Positions 37,715-50,040 of a stretch of 64,000 nucleotides of DNA are shown here, one piece after another. The stretch spans positions 5,601,149-5,665,148 of the forward strand of contig MU058213.1 of assembly GCA_013265495.1 (NCBI GenBank). The letters are read 5' to 3'. A program made the translations under genes and the position numbers. How positions within the stretch are numbered: position 1 is the stretch's first letter; each line of letters begins with the position of its first letter. The notes below the pieces were generated by a model, which was given only the letters and a program-made list of their open reading frames with translations, did not search any database and was not told where the DNA came from. The stretch is from Vicugna vicugna (Eukaryota).

Positions 37715-38138
37715 TGTTACTTTCTCATTGCTTCGGTAACAGATTACTTACTACAAATGTAATGACTTAAAACAACACAAGTTATCACCTTACAATTGTG
37801 GAAGTCAGAAGTCCTAAAACCATGATGTCAGCAGGGCTGTGTTTTTTCTAAAGGCTCTGAAGAGATAATCCATTTCCTTGCCTTTTCTGGTTTCTAGAGG
37901 CTGCCTGCTGTGCTTGGTTCATGGCCCCTTCTGACATTCACAAAGCCAGCAGCCTCTCTAAGGACCCAGGTGATTCCACTCAGCGCATTCAGAATAGTCC
38001 AAGATTATCTCCCATCTCAAGATCTTTCACCTAATCACATCTACAAAGTCCCTTTTGCCAGACAAGTGAGGATATTCGCAGATTCTGGAGATCAGGATGT
38101 GGACAACTCTGGGGAAGGGTCACTGTTCAGCCTAACAC
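37715..38138 (-). mobile_element. MaLR solo LTR (MLT1C-like)
   Basis: TGACTTAAAACAACACAAGTTATCACCTTACA...GTCAGCAGGGCTGTG...CCTTGCCTTTTCTGGTTTCTAGAGGCTGCC...TAATCACATCTACAAAGTCCCTTTTGCCA...TTCAGCCTAACACA. Confidence 0.82.
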
Positions 38139-38269
38139 AGACCGAATCTTGTTCTGCAGAATCTAACCATTTGGGTCTGGTTGTGGTTTTGTTTTTGTTT
38201 TGTTGTAAACTCATTTATTTATTTAGCAAATACTTTGTACAAGGCAAATTTATTACCATGCCTGGTAAT

Positions 38270-38958
38270 TTTTGATTAGATAATACAGTATGAATTTTAC
38301 TGTCAGTGCTGAACAGTCTTGTGTTAAACATTCTTTAGATTTTTTCTGGGATGCAACTAAACCACTTTAGAACAGCTTAATCTTTTTAAGGCTTCCTTTA
38401 AAACTTTGTTGGGTGGGACCAGAGCAGCCTTTAGTCTAGGGCTAATGTGCCCTACTCTGGAAGTGATAACATTCTGAGTAATCTAGCCGATGCTTTATGC
38501 TTATGAGGCTTTCTCACTCTGCTGGTGGGAACACACTCTTCCCAGCCCCGTGTGAGTTACTGCCCTCGCTCCTTTCTGCTCCTTCCTTCCCCAGCCTCAG
38601 GTAGATTCCTCACATGCCTGTGCTAATCTCTTTATCAGCTGAAGACTAGGGGAGACTCTCTGCAGATCTCTGGAGCACTCTCCTCTCTAGCACCCTTCTA
38701 AACCCAAGCTGCCTTGGAATTCAACTCCCAAATCTGCCCCCTCCACTAGGAGGGGCCTGTGGGCTGGAAACTCTCCAGGTTACAAACCGGGGCAGTGGTA
38801 ACGCCCTCCTCCTTCACTTCCCCTCTCAAGTTCACATCCTGTGCCGCTTACAGCCCGGTGTTTGAAAACTGTTCTTTCATATATTTTGTCCGGTTATTTA
38901 GGGTGATAATATCAATCTGAATTCTCTTATTTTATCTTGGCCAGTGGCAGAAGTCCTT
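38270..38958 (-). mobile_element. Ancient L1 5' region (L1ME/HAL1-like)
   Basis: GGGTGGGACCAGAGCAGCCTTTAGTCTAGGGCTAAT...CTCTGCAGATCTCTGGAG...TTTGAAAACTGTTCTTTCATATATTTTGTCC...TCTTGGCCAGTGGCAGAAGTC resembles an antisense old L1 5' UTR. Confidence 0.65.
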
Positions 38959-39207
38959 TGGTAGACACTTTTGAGTGCTAGAATTTGACGTGGCTCTCTT
39001 AAAAGGATTCAGCCCACCTCCTCCCTGTATTAAGATCCTAAACAACACAGCTTATGTCGTGAATAACTACCACATGATGCCAAAATATCCACATCCCACA
39101 CTATCCATCACCACACTAAGTCTCCCTTCAACACTGTATTTGAGTAGAACTGTTTACTACCTCACCTCAACCTTTTACAAAGCAAAGTTCTCCAATGTTT
39201 TAAAAAT

Positions 39208-39303
39208 ACCTAATATTTCTTTGGCACGAGCTTTGCACCGCACCAGGCCTCTTACCTCTCACCCTTAGAGTTGTACCCCTCTCTGCATTACATGGTATAG
39301 CCC
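39208..39303. repeat. Dispersed direct repeat, copy 1 (96 bp)
   Basis: Matches 40374-40468; first 52 nt identical. Confidence 0.95.
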
Positions 39304-40007
39304 AGTAAGCGAACGATATTCCAACAAATGAACATTGCCATAACATTCCACATCCTCACCCAGGAGGGCCTCTACCCTCAGCCTCCCAAGGGACAAAATC
39401 AAATCCAAGACTCAACACTAAAAATACCTTGCGTTTTTGAAGCAGACCCCTTTGGAAGACTCACAAGGTTTTAAAAGAGAATTTCCAGGCTGCAAGTGTT
39501 GAGAACTGCAGCCTTAGAGAGTTGCAGAGATGTTTGAAGCCCTGCCCACAGTTCCAGGAAACACCCTTTGTATAACAGCTTCTTTCCCACACAGATGTGA
39601 GAATGAGGCTGCGACCCTGGAAACTGAACACAGGAAAAGAGAAACCCCGCTGAAAATATTCTCACACCAGCATTGGACACAAAAGCCCCCGCAGGCTTGA
39701 TTTGCTGCCACAGTCCAATAAAAGAATAACATGTAAGCATTTCAAAGCTGTTTCGTTGACATTCTCACTTGATCCTGGCAAGTCCGTAAGTAGGAGAGGC
39801 AGGTGGCACGGTTCCCAGCAAAAGACGAGGGAAGTGAGCCTCACCCAAGTTAAGTGATGTGAACAGGTCAGATGGCTGTTTGGTGGCAGAGTAGGACCTT
39901 GAACTTCTGCGGTCCTCTAACTCTAGGTCAAGAACTCTTTCCATTCTGCCCTGCTCTTCTCTTCCTGTATCAGAAAACAAGCTGCACATTTCATGAGGAC
40001 CCTATAC

Positions 40008-40256
40008 CAGGACTTCTCCACCGCAGCGTCTTTGACATTTAAGGCTGGGTGCTCCTTTGTTAGAGGTGGGGCCGGGGGGCTGTCCTATGCATTGCAGGAT
40101 GTTAAGCAGCCCCCTGGCCTCCTCACACTAGACACCGGTAGCATCCCCAACCCCTACTCTTGACAACCAAAACTCTCTCTAAATGCTACCATATTGTCAA
40201 ATGTCCCCAGCGGGGGAGGAAGGGAAGGGGAGACAAAAATCACCCCTCAGTTGAGG
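40008..40256 (-). mobile_element. MER20 (hAT-Charlie MITE)
   Basis: Antisense match: TTGACATTT...GCTGTCCTATGCATTGCAGGATGTTAAGCAGC..CCTGGCCTC...TGACAACCAAAA...CAAATGTCCCC...AAAATCACCCCTCAGTTGAG. Confidence 0.85.
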
Positions 40257-40373
40257 CCTAAGAATGCTGCCCCCATGTTGGAGAGGGAGGCAGGGACCAG
40301 GTTTGCTCTGTAAAAGGGGAACTCGTGCTTACACCAATGAGTCTAGACCTGGAGCCCAGCAGTGAGGACCGGG

Positions 40374-40468
40374 ACCTAATATTTCTTTGGCACGAGCTTT
40401 GCACCGCACCAGGCCTCTTACCTCTTGCCCTCAGAGTTGTACCCTTCTCTCATTACATGGTACAGCCC
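40374..40468. repeat. Dispersed direct repeat, copy 2 (95 bp)
   Basis: Matches 39208-39303. Confidence 0.95.
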
Positions 40469-43130
40469 CTAGGAGTTATCGAAAACGTTCTCTTCTTGGC
40501 CACACCCCAAATTTAACCTTCTGCATCCTCACTGCACCCCTTCAGTCTTAGCCAACTCTGCATAACTCAAACCATTTCCCAAGGAGACGTTTCCGGGAGG
40601 CAGCACGGAGTTAGTTAACCTGACAAGAGGCAGGATGCATAGGAGCTAAGATGCAGGCTCTGCTCATGCGATAACAAGGCTGAACCACACATACCGGTGA
40701 GTGAGAGGAATCAGGCACAAAAGAGCGCTGGTTGGAACCTCTTACCTGAAGTGCAAGAACTGGCAAAGCCAATCTCTGGTGACAGAAGTCTTGACAGTGA
40801 TTATGTCTTTGGTGGTGTTACCTGGAGACAGGTTTGGGGAACCGCCTGGGAATGGAAATATTCTGTCTCGCTCTAGGCAGTAGCCACACTGGTCGTAAAC
40901 AGAGGCAGAAACTCACAGAGCTCTACATTTAAGATAAATTATAGCTTCATATAAATAAATAAGCTTTATCACCTCAAAAAAGAGGCCGTCTCTGGAGCCA
41001 AACTGTGTGGGTTTGAGGAGGACCCTCCTACCTCAGTGTCTTGTGTGAGGTTAGTGAACTGAGTGAGGCATAGGACCTACACAGTATTAGCATCACTGTA
41101 ATGAAAGGGACACACTTCTAACCACCCAGGCAAAGTGAAGGATTAGGAGAGGTGCTTCTGAACCCCTCTGTTGTCCCCCTGGCCCATGCACCACTGCTCT
41201 GATCACAAAGTGGTCCATGCGGTAGGCACATGATGACTCCCTTGACCTCCCTCCTCTGTCGGTGCCCCCATCCCAGTAATCAAGACAGCCGAATCTGCCC
41301 TCATTCTCTGTCTTCTCTAGCTCCTCCCGGAGTCTCTCAGGAGGCTGGCACAGGAGCTGCCCCTGTTTGTAGAGCTCTTCATCAATAGACTGAATATTTA
41401 CAGAACACGGCAGTTCTGATCAAACAGTTCATTTCACTGGAGACTAGGGTACCGTACTGCGTCTCCTCGTGAGTTATTCTCAGCAGAAGCAGCCCTCGCT
41501 CTTATCATCCGTTTCTTCACATTTTAAGGCCTAGCATAAGAGCCGCAGTGAAACAGACGAAATGAGGAACAGATGGGATCGATCTGTACCTTTCCCCCAA
41601 CCGCGTCTCAGTGCATTTACCACGGCACCCTCGCTGCTGTTTGCTCCTTGTTATCTTTTATTCTTCTCTTTGGAAAGTGGAAAAGTCAGAAGGAAATAAA
41701 CAGATACAAGGGTGTGTAGAAAGAGCGTTTGATGGTGTATCGGGAAACCTGGATTCTGGAACCAGCACCTAGAGGTGTGACTGATTTACGTGTATTTTAA
41801 CCTTTCTTTCACAGTTCCTGTTTTAATCTGTGAAATGAGTGATTTGTCTAGATTTGTGGCTTATGAACAGATGTCAGCCAGTGGAAGCCCTCTCACAAAC
41901 AGGATATCAAGCAGAAAACATTAAACCCTGACAGCAGTTGTTGTTTGGGTTCAAACAGACATGGACATCAGGAACCTGCCCCCTCAACTTCTGCAGCCCC
42001 TCCCCCCCCCCAGCAGCCCCTGGAGCACCTCCACAGGCCTTGGGCTTGGAATCCTAGGAGCACGATTTAAAAACCATTCAATTTGATCTTTAAAAAAAAA
42101 AAAAAAATTCCCTGCTAGCTAAAATACTCCTAAGTGCCCCCATTCCTATTGATTCCACAAACTTTAATCAACAGACCCTCTGTACTTTAAAGAAAACCTA
42201 AAAGTAAAATCCCATACGACATATCTGCACAGAAAAAGACTAGAAGAAAAAACACCAAAAAAGCCAGGATAGTGGTTATCTCCCAATAAGAATATCCCAG
42301 CTCTGATTCCAACAGAGAGCTGTGTGGCTCTTGCTGCCCTGCAGAGCCGCCTATAACTGACACCGAAGAAGACCCTGTCCCTCCCTGTTGGGCGGCACCT
42401 GCAGGCCTGCAAGCCTCATAGGGGCCCAGCCTCAGAACAGAAGAAAGAGCCCAGAGACAGCAAAAGAGACACCAGTGGTTTACTGGGGAGGGGATCTCGT
42501 AGGTCAGAGGGAAAGGGTCCTGGAGCGACGCCCCACTGTGCAAGGCGGACAGCAGGCAGGACAAGGCAGCAGTCGTCACTCCTCGGGGGGAGAAGGAGGC
42601 TACCACTTAGAGGGGGAATTGATGCGGGGGGGGCTTATCAGTTACCAGGGAAACCAGCGACCGGGGTACGTCCCTCCCAGCCCGACGGGTTAACAAGCAT
42701 CACAGGGCAGGTATTTCCCTTTAATAAACTAGGAAGGGGAGCCGTTCTGGCCTAAGGATTAGAACAATCACTAGTTGGGGCAGGCGGTGAGCAAGTTCAT
42801 GTGCACAGGGTGTAGGTGATGCCGGGACTGCTGGAGCAGGGGATGCACAAAGAGCAAGAGAACGGTCATCTTGAGGGGCCTGACCATACGCTCTCCCAGT
42901 GCCCAGCCTGTGCCCCACCTTGAGGCCCTCCCTTCACGAGGGCAGCTAGCCTGGGGCCTTCCAGACACAGATGAGTATGAGTGGGGCCCTACAGGATACA
43001 GGCGTGAAGGAAAACTGTCCTCAGACAGGATTTCCTCCAGTGGGTCCTGTGAGATAGCAGTCTGAGAAATGCTTGGCCGCAGAAAGGAATGCTGTGGGGG
43101 ACGGCGAGGGGAGCAACCTCCCCCAAAGTC

Positions 43131-43584
43131 CACTTGACCCTTGAACAATACTGGTTTGAACTACATGGGTCTGAATTGTGCAGGTCCACTTATACATGGA
43201 TTTTTTCCAATAAATATAGTACCTGTATTTTCATGTCACAGATCTTTTTTTTTCTTTTTTTTTTTTTTAATAGAGGTACTAGGGATTGAACCTAGGACCT
43301 TGTGCATGCTAGGCATGTATTCTACCCATGAGCTATACCCACCCCCACAGATTTTAAGTTAACTAAGTGTGGGGGGAAATTTGTGTTCAATTAGACATCA
43401 CAATATGTGGAATCAAAAGAACTAGTGTTTGAGCCCTGATTCTATCCAGACTGCTTCAGCTTCCTGCCCCTGGGTGAGTCATCTATCAGTTCCTTTGTTT
43501 TGAGGCCGAGATAACAGTCCTCGGATTTTCCATTGCCCGGGGCATTGACATCCCTCACCCTCGACATTGTTCCAGGGTCAGCTG
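43131..43584 (+). mobile_element. Tigger2-derived non-autonomous element (artiodactyl Tigger2a type)
   Basis: TIRs CACTTGACCCTTGAACAA (43131) and TTGTTCCAGGGTCAGCTG (ends 43584, followed by TA); subterminal GGTCCACTTATACATGGATTTT. Confidence 0.8.
43245..43345 (-). mobile_element. tRNA-derived SINE, camelid Vic-1 type, short form, nested in a Tigger2-type element
   Basis: Poly-T then GAGGTACTAGGGATTGAACCTAGG...GAGCTATACCCACCCC; TSD CACAGAT at 43237-43243 and 43346-43352. Confidence 0.88.
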
Positions 43585-45659
43585 TAACTGAGTGTGAGAA
43601 CCACCGCCCGGATTTCTCCCTAAGAGATTAAATGCACAGTAAGTAGCATCTTGACGCCTCTGGCCAGCAGGAAGCCTGATTAAGGTTGCTTACTACAACA
43701 GTTCCCAAATTTATTTGACTACAAAACTCTTTTCTTCCCCACAACCCCTATGAATATTGCAACAGAGTTCCAGATCCAGAACAGGCTTCACAAAGGCAAT
43801 TTTTAAAAACTGAATTGTAAGGCTTGAAATCAATGAGGAATTACAAAAGGGGAAGGGAAGAGAAGGAAGGAGACTGCTTCAGGGTCTGGAGAACTTGGAG
43901 ATGAAGATGAAACAAAGGACCATCTATGATTCCAAAGAATGTCTGGAACTTTCTTCTTATCTGTTAGCGCCTTTGTCTCCAGCACATTCCTAGACAGCAA
44001 ATCACCGTGCTGGTGGTCTAACAGCTCATGACCACTGCAAGGGGCCTGTGGGCACCAGAAGTAGCATTGTGGAGTCCCTGCCTCTACCCTCCTCTTCCTC
44101 TCACCTTTGGCTGACTGACACATCTTTCCCTAGAAAGAGCAGAAAAAGGAAATTATCCTATTAATTCAATTCATCAAATACCCACCTCTGAGACAGCCTT
44201 GCCCTAGGGTGCTGGGAGCACGCAGGTGCCTAAGGCACAGGCCGCTCAGACTAGTCATCAATTCAGCACAGAAGCAAAGAATCCCTCCCCAGGGTCTGCA
44301 CAGGGGTCTGGGGAGCACACAGAAGGGGCCCTCCTCCCAGCCAGTTGTCAGAAGTTTCCTGAAACCTCAGCCCTAAAGCCCACATTCTCGGTCCCCCCAA
44401 GGTGAGGGCTGAGGGGGAGGGAGGGGAGAGGTAATTCCTAGCAGAGGGAACTGTGAGAGCAAAGACGCCGAGGTGGGAGAGAGCAGGGCTGCCCAGGACC
44501 TCCAGGCAGCTCGGGCTGGGGCACAAAGTCTGGCAGGACGGGGGTGGACAGGGAAGGGTGGAACTGCCAGGGAGTAGTGACATACATTACTGCTAGAGTT
44601 GTAGTTGCTGATGGTAAGGGGGGAAGAAGAGGAGGGAGGAGTGGGAGATGACTGAGGCTGGTAAGCACGTGCCTGGAGGAGGAGGGACATGGGAGCAGGA
44701 TGAGGAAGTCAGCAAAAGCTGGTTGAAGGTGGGAGGTGGAAAGACAAGTTCAGTCCTCAGCAAGTTCAGCAGGTGATATAAGAAGCCCAAGCATTAATGG
44801 TGATGACGATGATGACGATGAAGGCGACTGTGAGCTCTCTTTCTCCCCATCTCCCTTCTCTCCTGGTTGTGGGAGTTGTGGGTGGAAGCAGGGGAAGACA
44901 ATGATCAGCAAGAGAGAGTTGATGTGTCTTTTCTAGAGAACACCTAGGGGCAGACAGAGCTGCTGCCAGCTTCTCCATCCACCCCTGTCACTCTCTCCCT
45001 GCTCCCCATTCATCCTTCTGCAGAAGATAGACAGACTGGGCTGTTCCACTGGGTCCTGCACCACCAGCCCTAGATCCCCAGTGGGCCATATCCAACATAT
45101 CTTCTCACCACTCTCCCCTCTCCCCCTGATTTGCCAAAGACTGGCCGTACTGGCCTGACCCCAGCCCCTTGGGGAATGATTCCACCCTCCTTCTTCTAGC
45201 AGGTCATGGTCCAGAGTGGCCACCACCTCAGTTTCCTCCACCCCCAGCTCCCAAGAAGCCTGGGATGAGCCATCTCCCTGCAGAAGCAGAGACCAAGTAA
45301 CACTGCACATAAAGCAAGGCCACACTGAAAACACAACAGCAAGACAGCCTCCTCTGAAGACACTTTACCTTCAGGGTAGAGGCTGAATTCTAGTTAACAC
45401 TTTTCCAGGGATGTCCTCCAGAGGACTTGCTGCCTGGCTTTTTTTCCATGGAATTTCTCGCACCTTGGCTCCCCGCGGCCCCAAGCACTTTGCCATCTGC
45501 TGGGCCCAGTTCAGCCAGAGAGGAAGCTGCCGACTTGGGAGGTTCCCTGTGGGGTCAACCTCACTCTTTCAGGTCACTAAGGACCCCACGGGAAGGAGCC
45601 TGGACCCCCGATTTGTTCAACAGCCGAAGTCAAGGGCCCCTGGGGCCAAGGTCAGTGAA

Positions 45660-46578
45660 GGCATATGTGTGTTTTTATCTCTGGGCTTTTAATTCTGTTT
45701 CATTGGTCTATGTGTCTGGTTTTATACCAATATCACACTATTTCGATTATAATTGTAATACAGTTTTTTGTAATATAGTTCGAAATCAGGAAGTGTGATG
45801 CCTCAAGCTTTGTTCTTTGTCAAGATTCTTTGCTATTCAGGGTCTTTAGTGGTTCCATACTAGTTTTAGGATTTTTTTTTTTGTATAAAAAAATGCCATG
45901 GGTATTTTGATAGGGATTACAATGAACAGCAAGATGGTTTTCTTTGTTTCTTTTTCAGATAGTTCATTCTTAGTGCATACAAATGCAGCTGATTTTTGTT
46001 GGTTGGTTTTGTATCCTAACTTTACTGAATTTGTATCTTACGTCTAATGGTCTTTTGATGGAGCCTTTAGGATTTTCTATACACAAGATCATGTCATCAG
46101 CAAACAGAGACAATCTGACTTCTTCCTTTCTGATTCGGATGCCTTTTATTTCTTTTTCTTGTCTATCTAGCTTGGACTTCCAGTATTATGTTGAATAAAA
46201 GTGGCCAGAGGGGGCATCCTTTTCTGGTTCTTTCTCTTAGAAGGAAAGCTTTCAACATTTCACCATTGACTATGCTGTTGGCTGTGGGTTTGTCAGACAT
46301 CACCGTTACTGTGTTGAGATGTGTTCCTTCTATACCCAATTTGTTGAGAGTTTTTATCGTGACATGATGTTAAATTTTGTCAAATGCTGTTTCTGAATCT
46401 ATTGAGATGATCATATGTTTTTTTAAATTAATGTGGTGTCTCAATTGATTTGTGGAATCATCCTTGAGTCCTAGGGATAAATCCCACTTGATTGTAGTGT
46501 AGTATCCTTTTCACGTGCTGTTGAATTTGGTTTGCTGAAACTTTATTAAGAATTTTTGTATCTGTACTCATCAGGGAT
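45660..46578 (-). mobile_element. LINE-1 internal ORF2 fragment (degenerate)
   Basis: T-rich antisense L1 ORF2 hallmarks: ATCATGTCATCAGCAAACAGAGACAATCTGACTTCTTCCTTT, GGGCATCCTTTTCTGGTTC, GGGATAAATCCCACTTGATT, TTCATCAGGGAT-like end. Confidence 0.88.
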
Positions 46579-46614
46579 GGCCAAAGCTCATATGGTCAAC
46601 AACTAGGCAAGTCA

Positions 46615-46745
46615 TCCTCAGGATGATCCATCAGCTTAAAATAATGCAGATTCTCAGGCCTCCCCAGCCCTACTGAATCAGCTACACTGGGCATGGCACC
46701 CAGGAGTCTGCATCTTAGGCACGTGTGTATGGAAGAACCACTGCC
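46615..46745. mobile_element. MER5-like hAT MITE fragment
   Basis: AATGCAGATTCTCAGGCCTCCCCAGCCCTACTGAATCAG...CCCAGGAGTCTGCAT...AGAACCACTG. Confidence 0.65.
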
Positions 46746-47239
46746 CACATAGAAGATAATGTAAAACGTAGGGGATCCTGGAAGGGCAAGTATTTATTTA
46801 GCAGTGGTTTAAGGACAGAACACCGGCTGGGTATGTCTTGTAGTCAGGGTTTTATTTCCCCATTGACCTGTAGCCTGGTTTGGCTCCTGGAGCTGCCTGA
46901 TTCGAATGGTATGCCTGGAGAGCCCCAGCTGGTAGAGGCAGCTGGGCAGGCTCCAGAGCTGCTGCATAAGGATTCTTACCGCCCAAAAGAGCGTGGACAC
47001 ATGGGAGAGGGGAGGCTGAAATCCTCATTCTGAAGAGGGACCTCCTTTTCTTGACACAAAGGCACAGTGCTCTTGCCAAGACATGTGATATGCTGCCTAA
47101 AGGAGGTACACAGAATTCACAGCAAAGTGCTAGATCAGCAGAGACCTCAGTGGGTGAGTACCAAAAAGGGTCTGGGAGGAACTGTGTGGGGTCACAACAT
47201 GAGATGGAAGAGATCTTAGGCAAGTTTTAAAAGGAAGGG

Positions 47240-47470
47240 GAAGTGAAGTATTGAATGCTAAGATCTGTATTAGATCTTTCTCCAAGCTTCCTCCAGCTCT
47301 CACAACAACCCTGTGGGATGGATATTCATATTTACAATTTAAGAGAAGGAAATTGAGGTTCCCTTGGGTTAAGTGAGCTTCCCAAGGTCACACAGCTCCT
47401 AACTGATAGAGAATCAAATACATAGTTGACTGGCTCCAAAGCCAGTGCCCCTTCCATTGCACTGTTCTGC
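47240..47470 (-). mobile_element. MIR SINE
   Basis: CTCACAACAACCCTGTG...GGAAATTGAGG...CCCAAGGTCACACAGCT...TGGCTCCAAAGCC. Confidence 0.75.
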
Positions 47471-48498
47471 CTCTGCCATTGCTTCCAGGGTGCCCCAGGA
47501 ATCAAGGTTCATGTTCATGGTCTGAAGGGGGCAGGCAGTAGTCTGCCATGCCTCCAGACACAGTGAAAGGAAGACACCAATCCAGAACACCTTAGGGAAA
47601 GTGGATCAAGAGTAAAAGCACAGACCCAGAAAGGTTTTGCAGTCACAGAACTGAGATGCAAGGAGAGAGAGGTAGAGAAATGGGATTCTGGCCCTGGTTT
47701 GCTTCGTTTAGCCAGCTACTGGCCTTTGGCCAGTCAGTGAGCCCCTCCTTTCCGCATCAGGAAATGAAGGTGCAGAGAAAGGGAATAGCTGTTCTGCAGA
47801 CCCCAGGGCTGGGGAATCTCAAAGGAGATGAGGGCTGACAAGGGTCCCAGGAGAGCTGAAGGGCCCCGGGTGCAGACTGCAGCCATGACCTCAAGCTCTG
47901 TGAGTCCAGGGGTGATCTATTGATCACACATGGGCTCATTGTTCTTCTCCCACATTCCATAGTCCCCTCCTGTTAGGACCGACCTTTGACTGGAATCCCC
48001 AGGCTTACCTGGAGGACCTGATAACTCTGCCCAACACTGGGTACCCTGGCTGCCTTCACACCAGCCGTGCTACAGCTTGGTAGTTGCCTCTCCTAGTCTT
48101 CAGCCATCGAAACACTTCCCGAGCTATGTAACAATTGTCCGTTTACTTGCTTCCACCATATGACCATGAACTTCTTGAAAGCACCATCTGTCTTACCTCC
48201 TGTTGTATCTACCACAATGTTAAGCACAATCCCTTCCACGTCATAGGTGCTCACTGAATGTGTGATAGAATAAATGAATGAATACATGAATGAACGGAGT
48301 CATGGTGGGTCCTCAGCCTCTAAGATGTAAGCCATAATAGGACCCAATGGCCTGCCCTCTCAGCCACAGACTGCAACTCAAGGACACCCCAAGGGAGGCT
48401 CAGGGGTTGGGTGGGTTGGGACCGTTCCCTTATGGCTCACGTTCCTCACCCATGGTTTACTTTTGCCTTAAGGAGTAACCTTGGGGCCGTCTGGCCAA

Positions 48499-48511
48499 GT
48501 TAATGCTTAAC
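48499..48511. promoter_or_regulatory. Candidate HNF1 binding site
   Basis: GTTAATGCTTAAC, one mismatch from the GTTAATNATTAAC consensus; motif only, no functional data. Confidence 0.4.
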
Positions 48512-48869
48512 GCTTTCCTCCTGCTGCAAGTGTTTATCTGTGCAAAGCATCAGGCTCAGACTCCAGTGCAGGAGAGGGCAGCAGTCCTGCAGGAACAGAG
48601 CCAGGAGTCCCCAGCTCATCTCCACTCTGACTCTCACTTTTTGCCTGGTTAGCTCTGGCCTCAAAAACACTTCTCTCTGGAAACTTTTATCTACTGAATC
48701 TACAGAGATAGGACAGGCAGAACTCACACATTTCAGAACCCAAGGGACCCTGGGATCTTCTCCCAACATTTTAGTTTTCCAGCTGATTTGGAGGAAAATC
48801 CAGGTTTAGGACTCTGGTCCAGCTGACTCAAAAAGCAAAGGACATCTCTGCACCACCATGGAGAACTCA

Positions 48870-48985
48870 GAGCCAGTGGGTCCAATCTCCTCATTTTACA
48901 GATGAGGAAACTGAGGCCTAGAAAGTTAACTGATTTGCTCAAGATCAACCAGGGTGAGCTAACGGGAAACCAGGAACTATGGAGA
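48870..48985 (-). mobile_element. MIR SINE core
   Basis: CTCATTTTACAGATGAGGAAACTGAGGCCTAGAAAGTTAACTGATTTGCTCAAGATCA. Confidence 0.8.
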
Positions 48986-49689
48986 TCTGCCAACACACAA
49001 GCACACACAGTTCACCAATAGCCAAATATGAGTAAGGTAGTCCTGAGTGTCTAAAGCCACATTGTCTATACAACAAGCAGATGCAGATGCTGCAGACCCA
49101 AACAAGCACGTGCTCAGTTGCTTGCTTCATATGAAATGCCTTCAGTCAGGCTCTGAGCTCTCTTCAAAGTGACCATGTAAATGCAATCTAACACAGCCAC
49201 ACTCTAGACCATGCGAGTGCAGTTGTGAAAATGCTGATTTCAAAGATCTCATGGTCAGTGAGCCTCCCATGGGGAGCTGAAGGTCTGGCAAAGGAGATTT
49301 GTAAGTCTGTCCCAATGGGTGGTTTTAATTTCCTGGACTGCAAAGGAGCCATTCCTGGCATAAGTGTCAACTCAAATACTTCCTGTGTGACCTTGGTCAA
49401 GACATTTATCCTGAGACCCAGTTTCTTTGGGGATAGCACCTACTCACAGGGGTGTTATGAGGATGAGATAAAATAAGGAATTCCAAGTTACTAGCAAAAG
49501 GTAACTGACAACCACATAAACAGCCCTTTAACCAGACTTAACAATTCCTCCAGAATCCCATCATTAGCTTTAATGAGAGCTTTTGGGCTTTAGGATACTC
49601 TGGGTTTGTAATAATTATGACTACACCTGAGGGGGACTTACTTGTAAGATTGCTTCAACTCCCATGTCAGCAAAACAATCTCACCATTT

Positions 49690-50040
49690 AACCAAGTAAT
49701 CTCACACCAGGTAATTCACCCTCAAGGAAATAATTCTCTAAAAGGAAAAGCTCTCTGCGTGAAGTTCATTGCAGCTTTGTTTATAAAGGTGAAAAACTGA
49801 AAACACAGTGCTCATCCCAGATAGGGAACGGATACATAAATCACAAAGCATTCCCTTGGTGGAATATTATTCAGCCTTTAAAAATGATGAGTATGAACAC
49901 TAGGAACATGGAGAGGTGTTACTATATAATGTAGAATGCAAAAAAGCAAAAAGCTGTTCTATCTGCACAGTTACATGAAAAATACATTTGCTTCTGGATA
50001 CAGAAAATAAAAAGTCAACCCATTAGGGTGATGAGAATGT
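49690..50040 (+). mobile_element. Ancient LINE-1 3' region (L1ME-like)
   Basis: GTTCATTGCAGCTTTGTTTATAAAGGTGAAAAACTGAAAAC...GGAATATTATTCAGCCTTTAAAAATGA. Confidence 0.65.

Noticed and set aside
41402..41417. Glucocorticoid response element AGAACAcggcAGTTCT
   Set aside because: The spacer is 4 nt rather than 3 and the second half-site is imperfect.
44795..44835. Acidic poly-Asp peptide (GDDDDDDEGD) suggesting a pseudogene
   Set aside because: A short (GAT/GAC)n low-complexity run with no surrounding homology.
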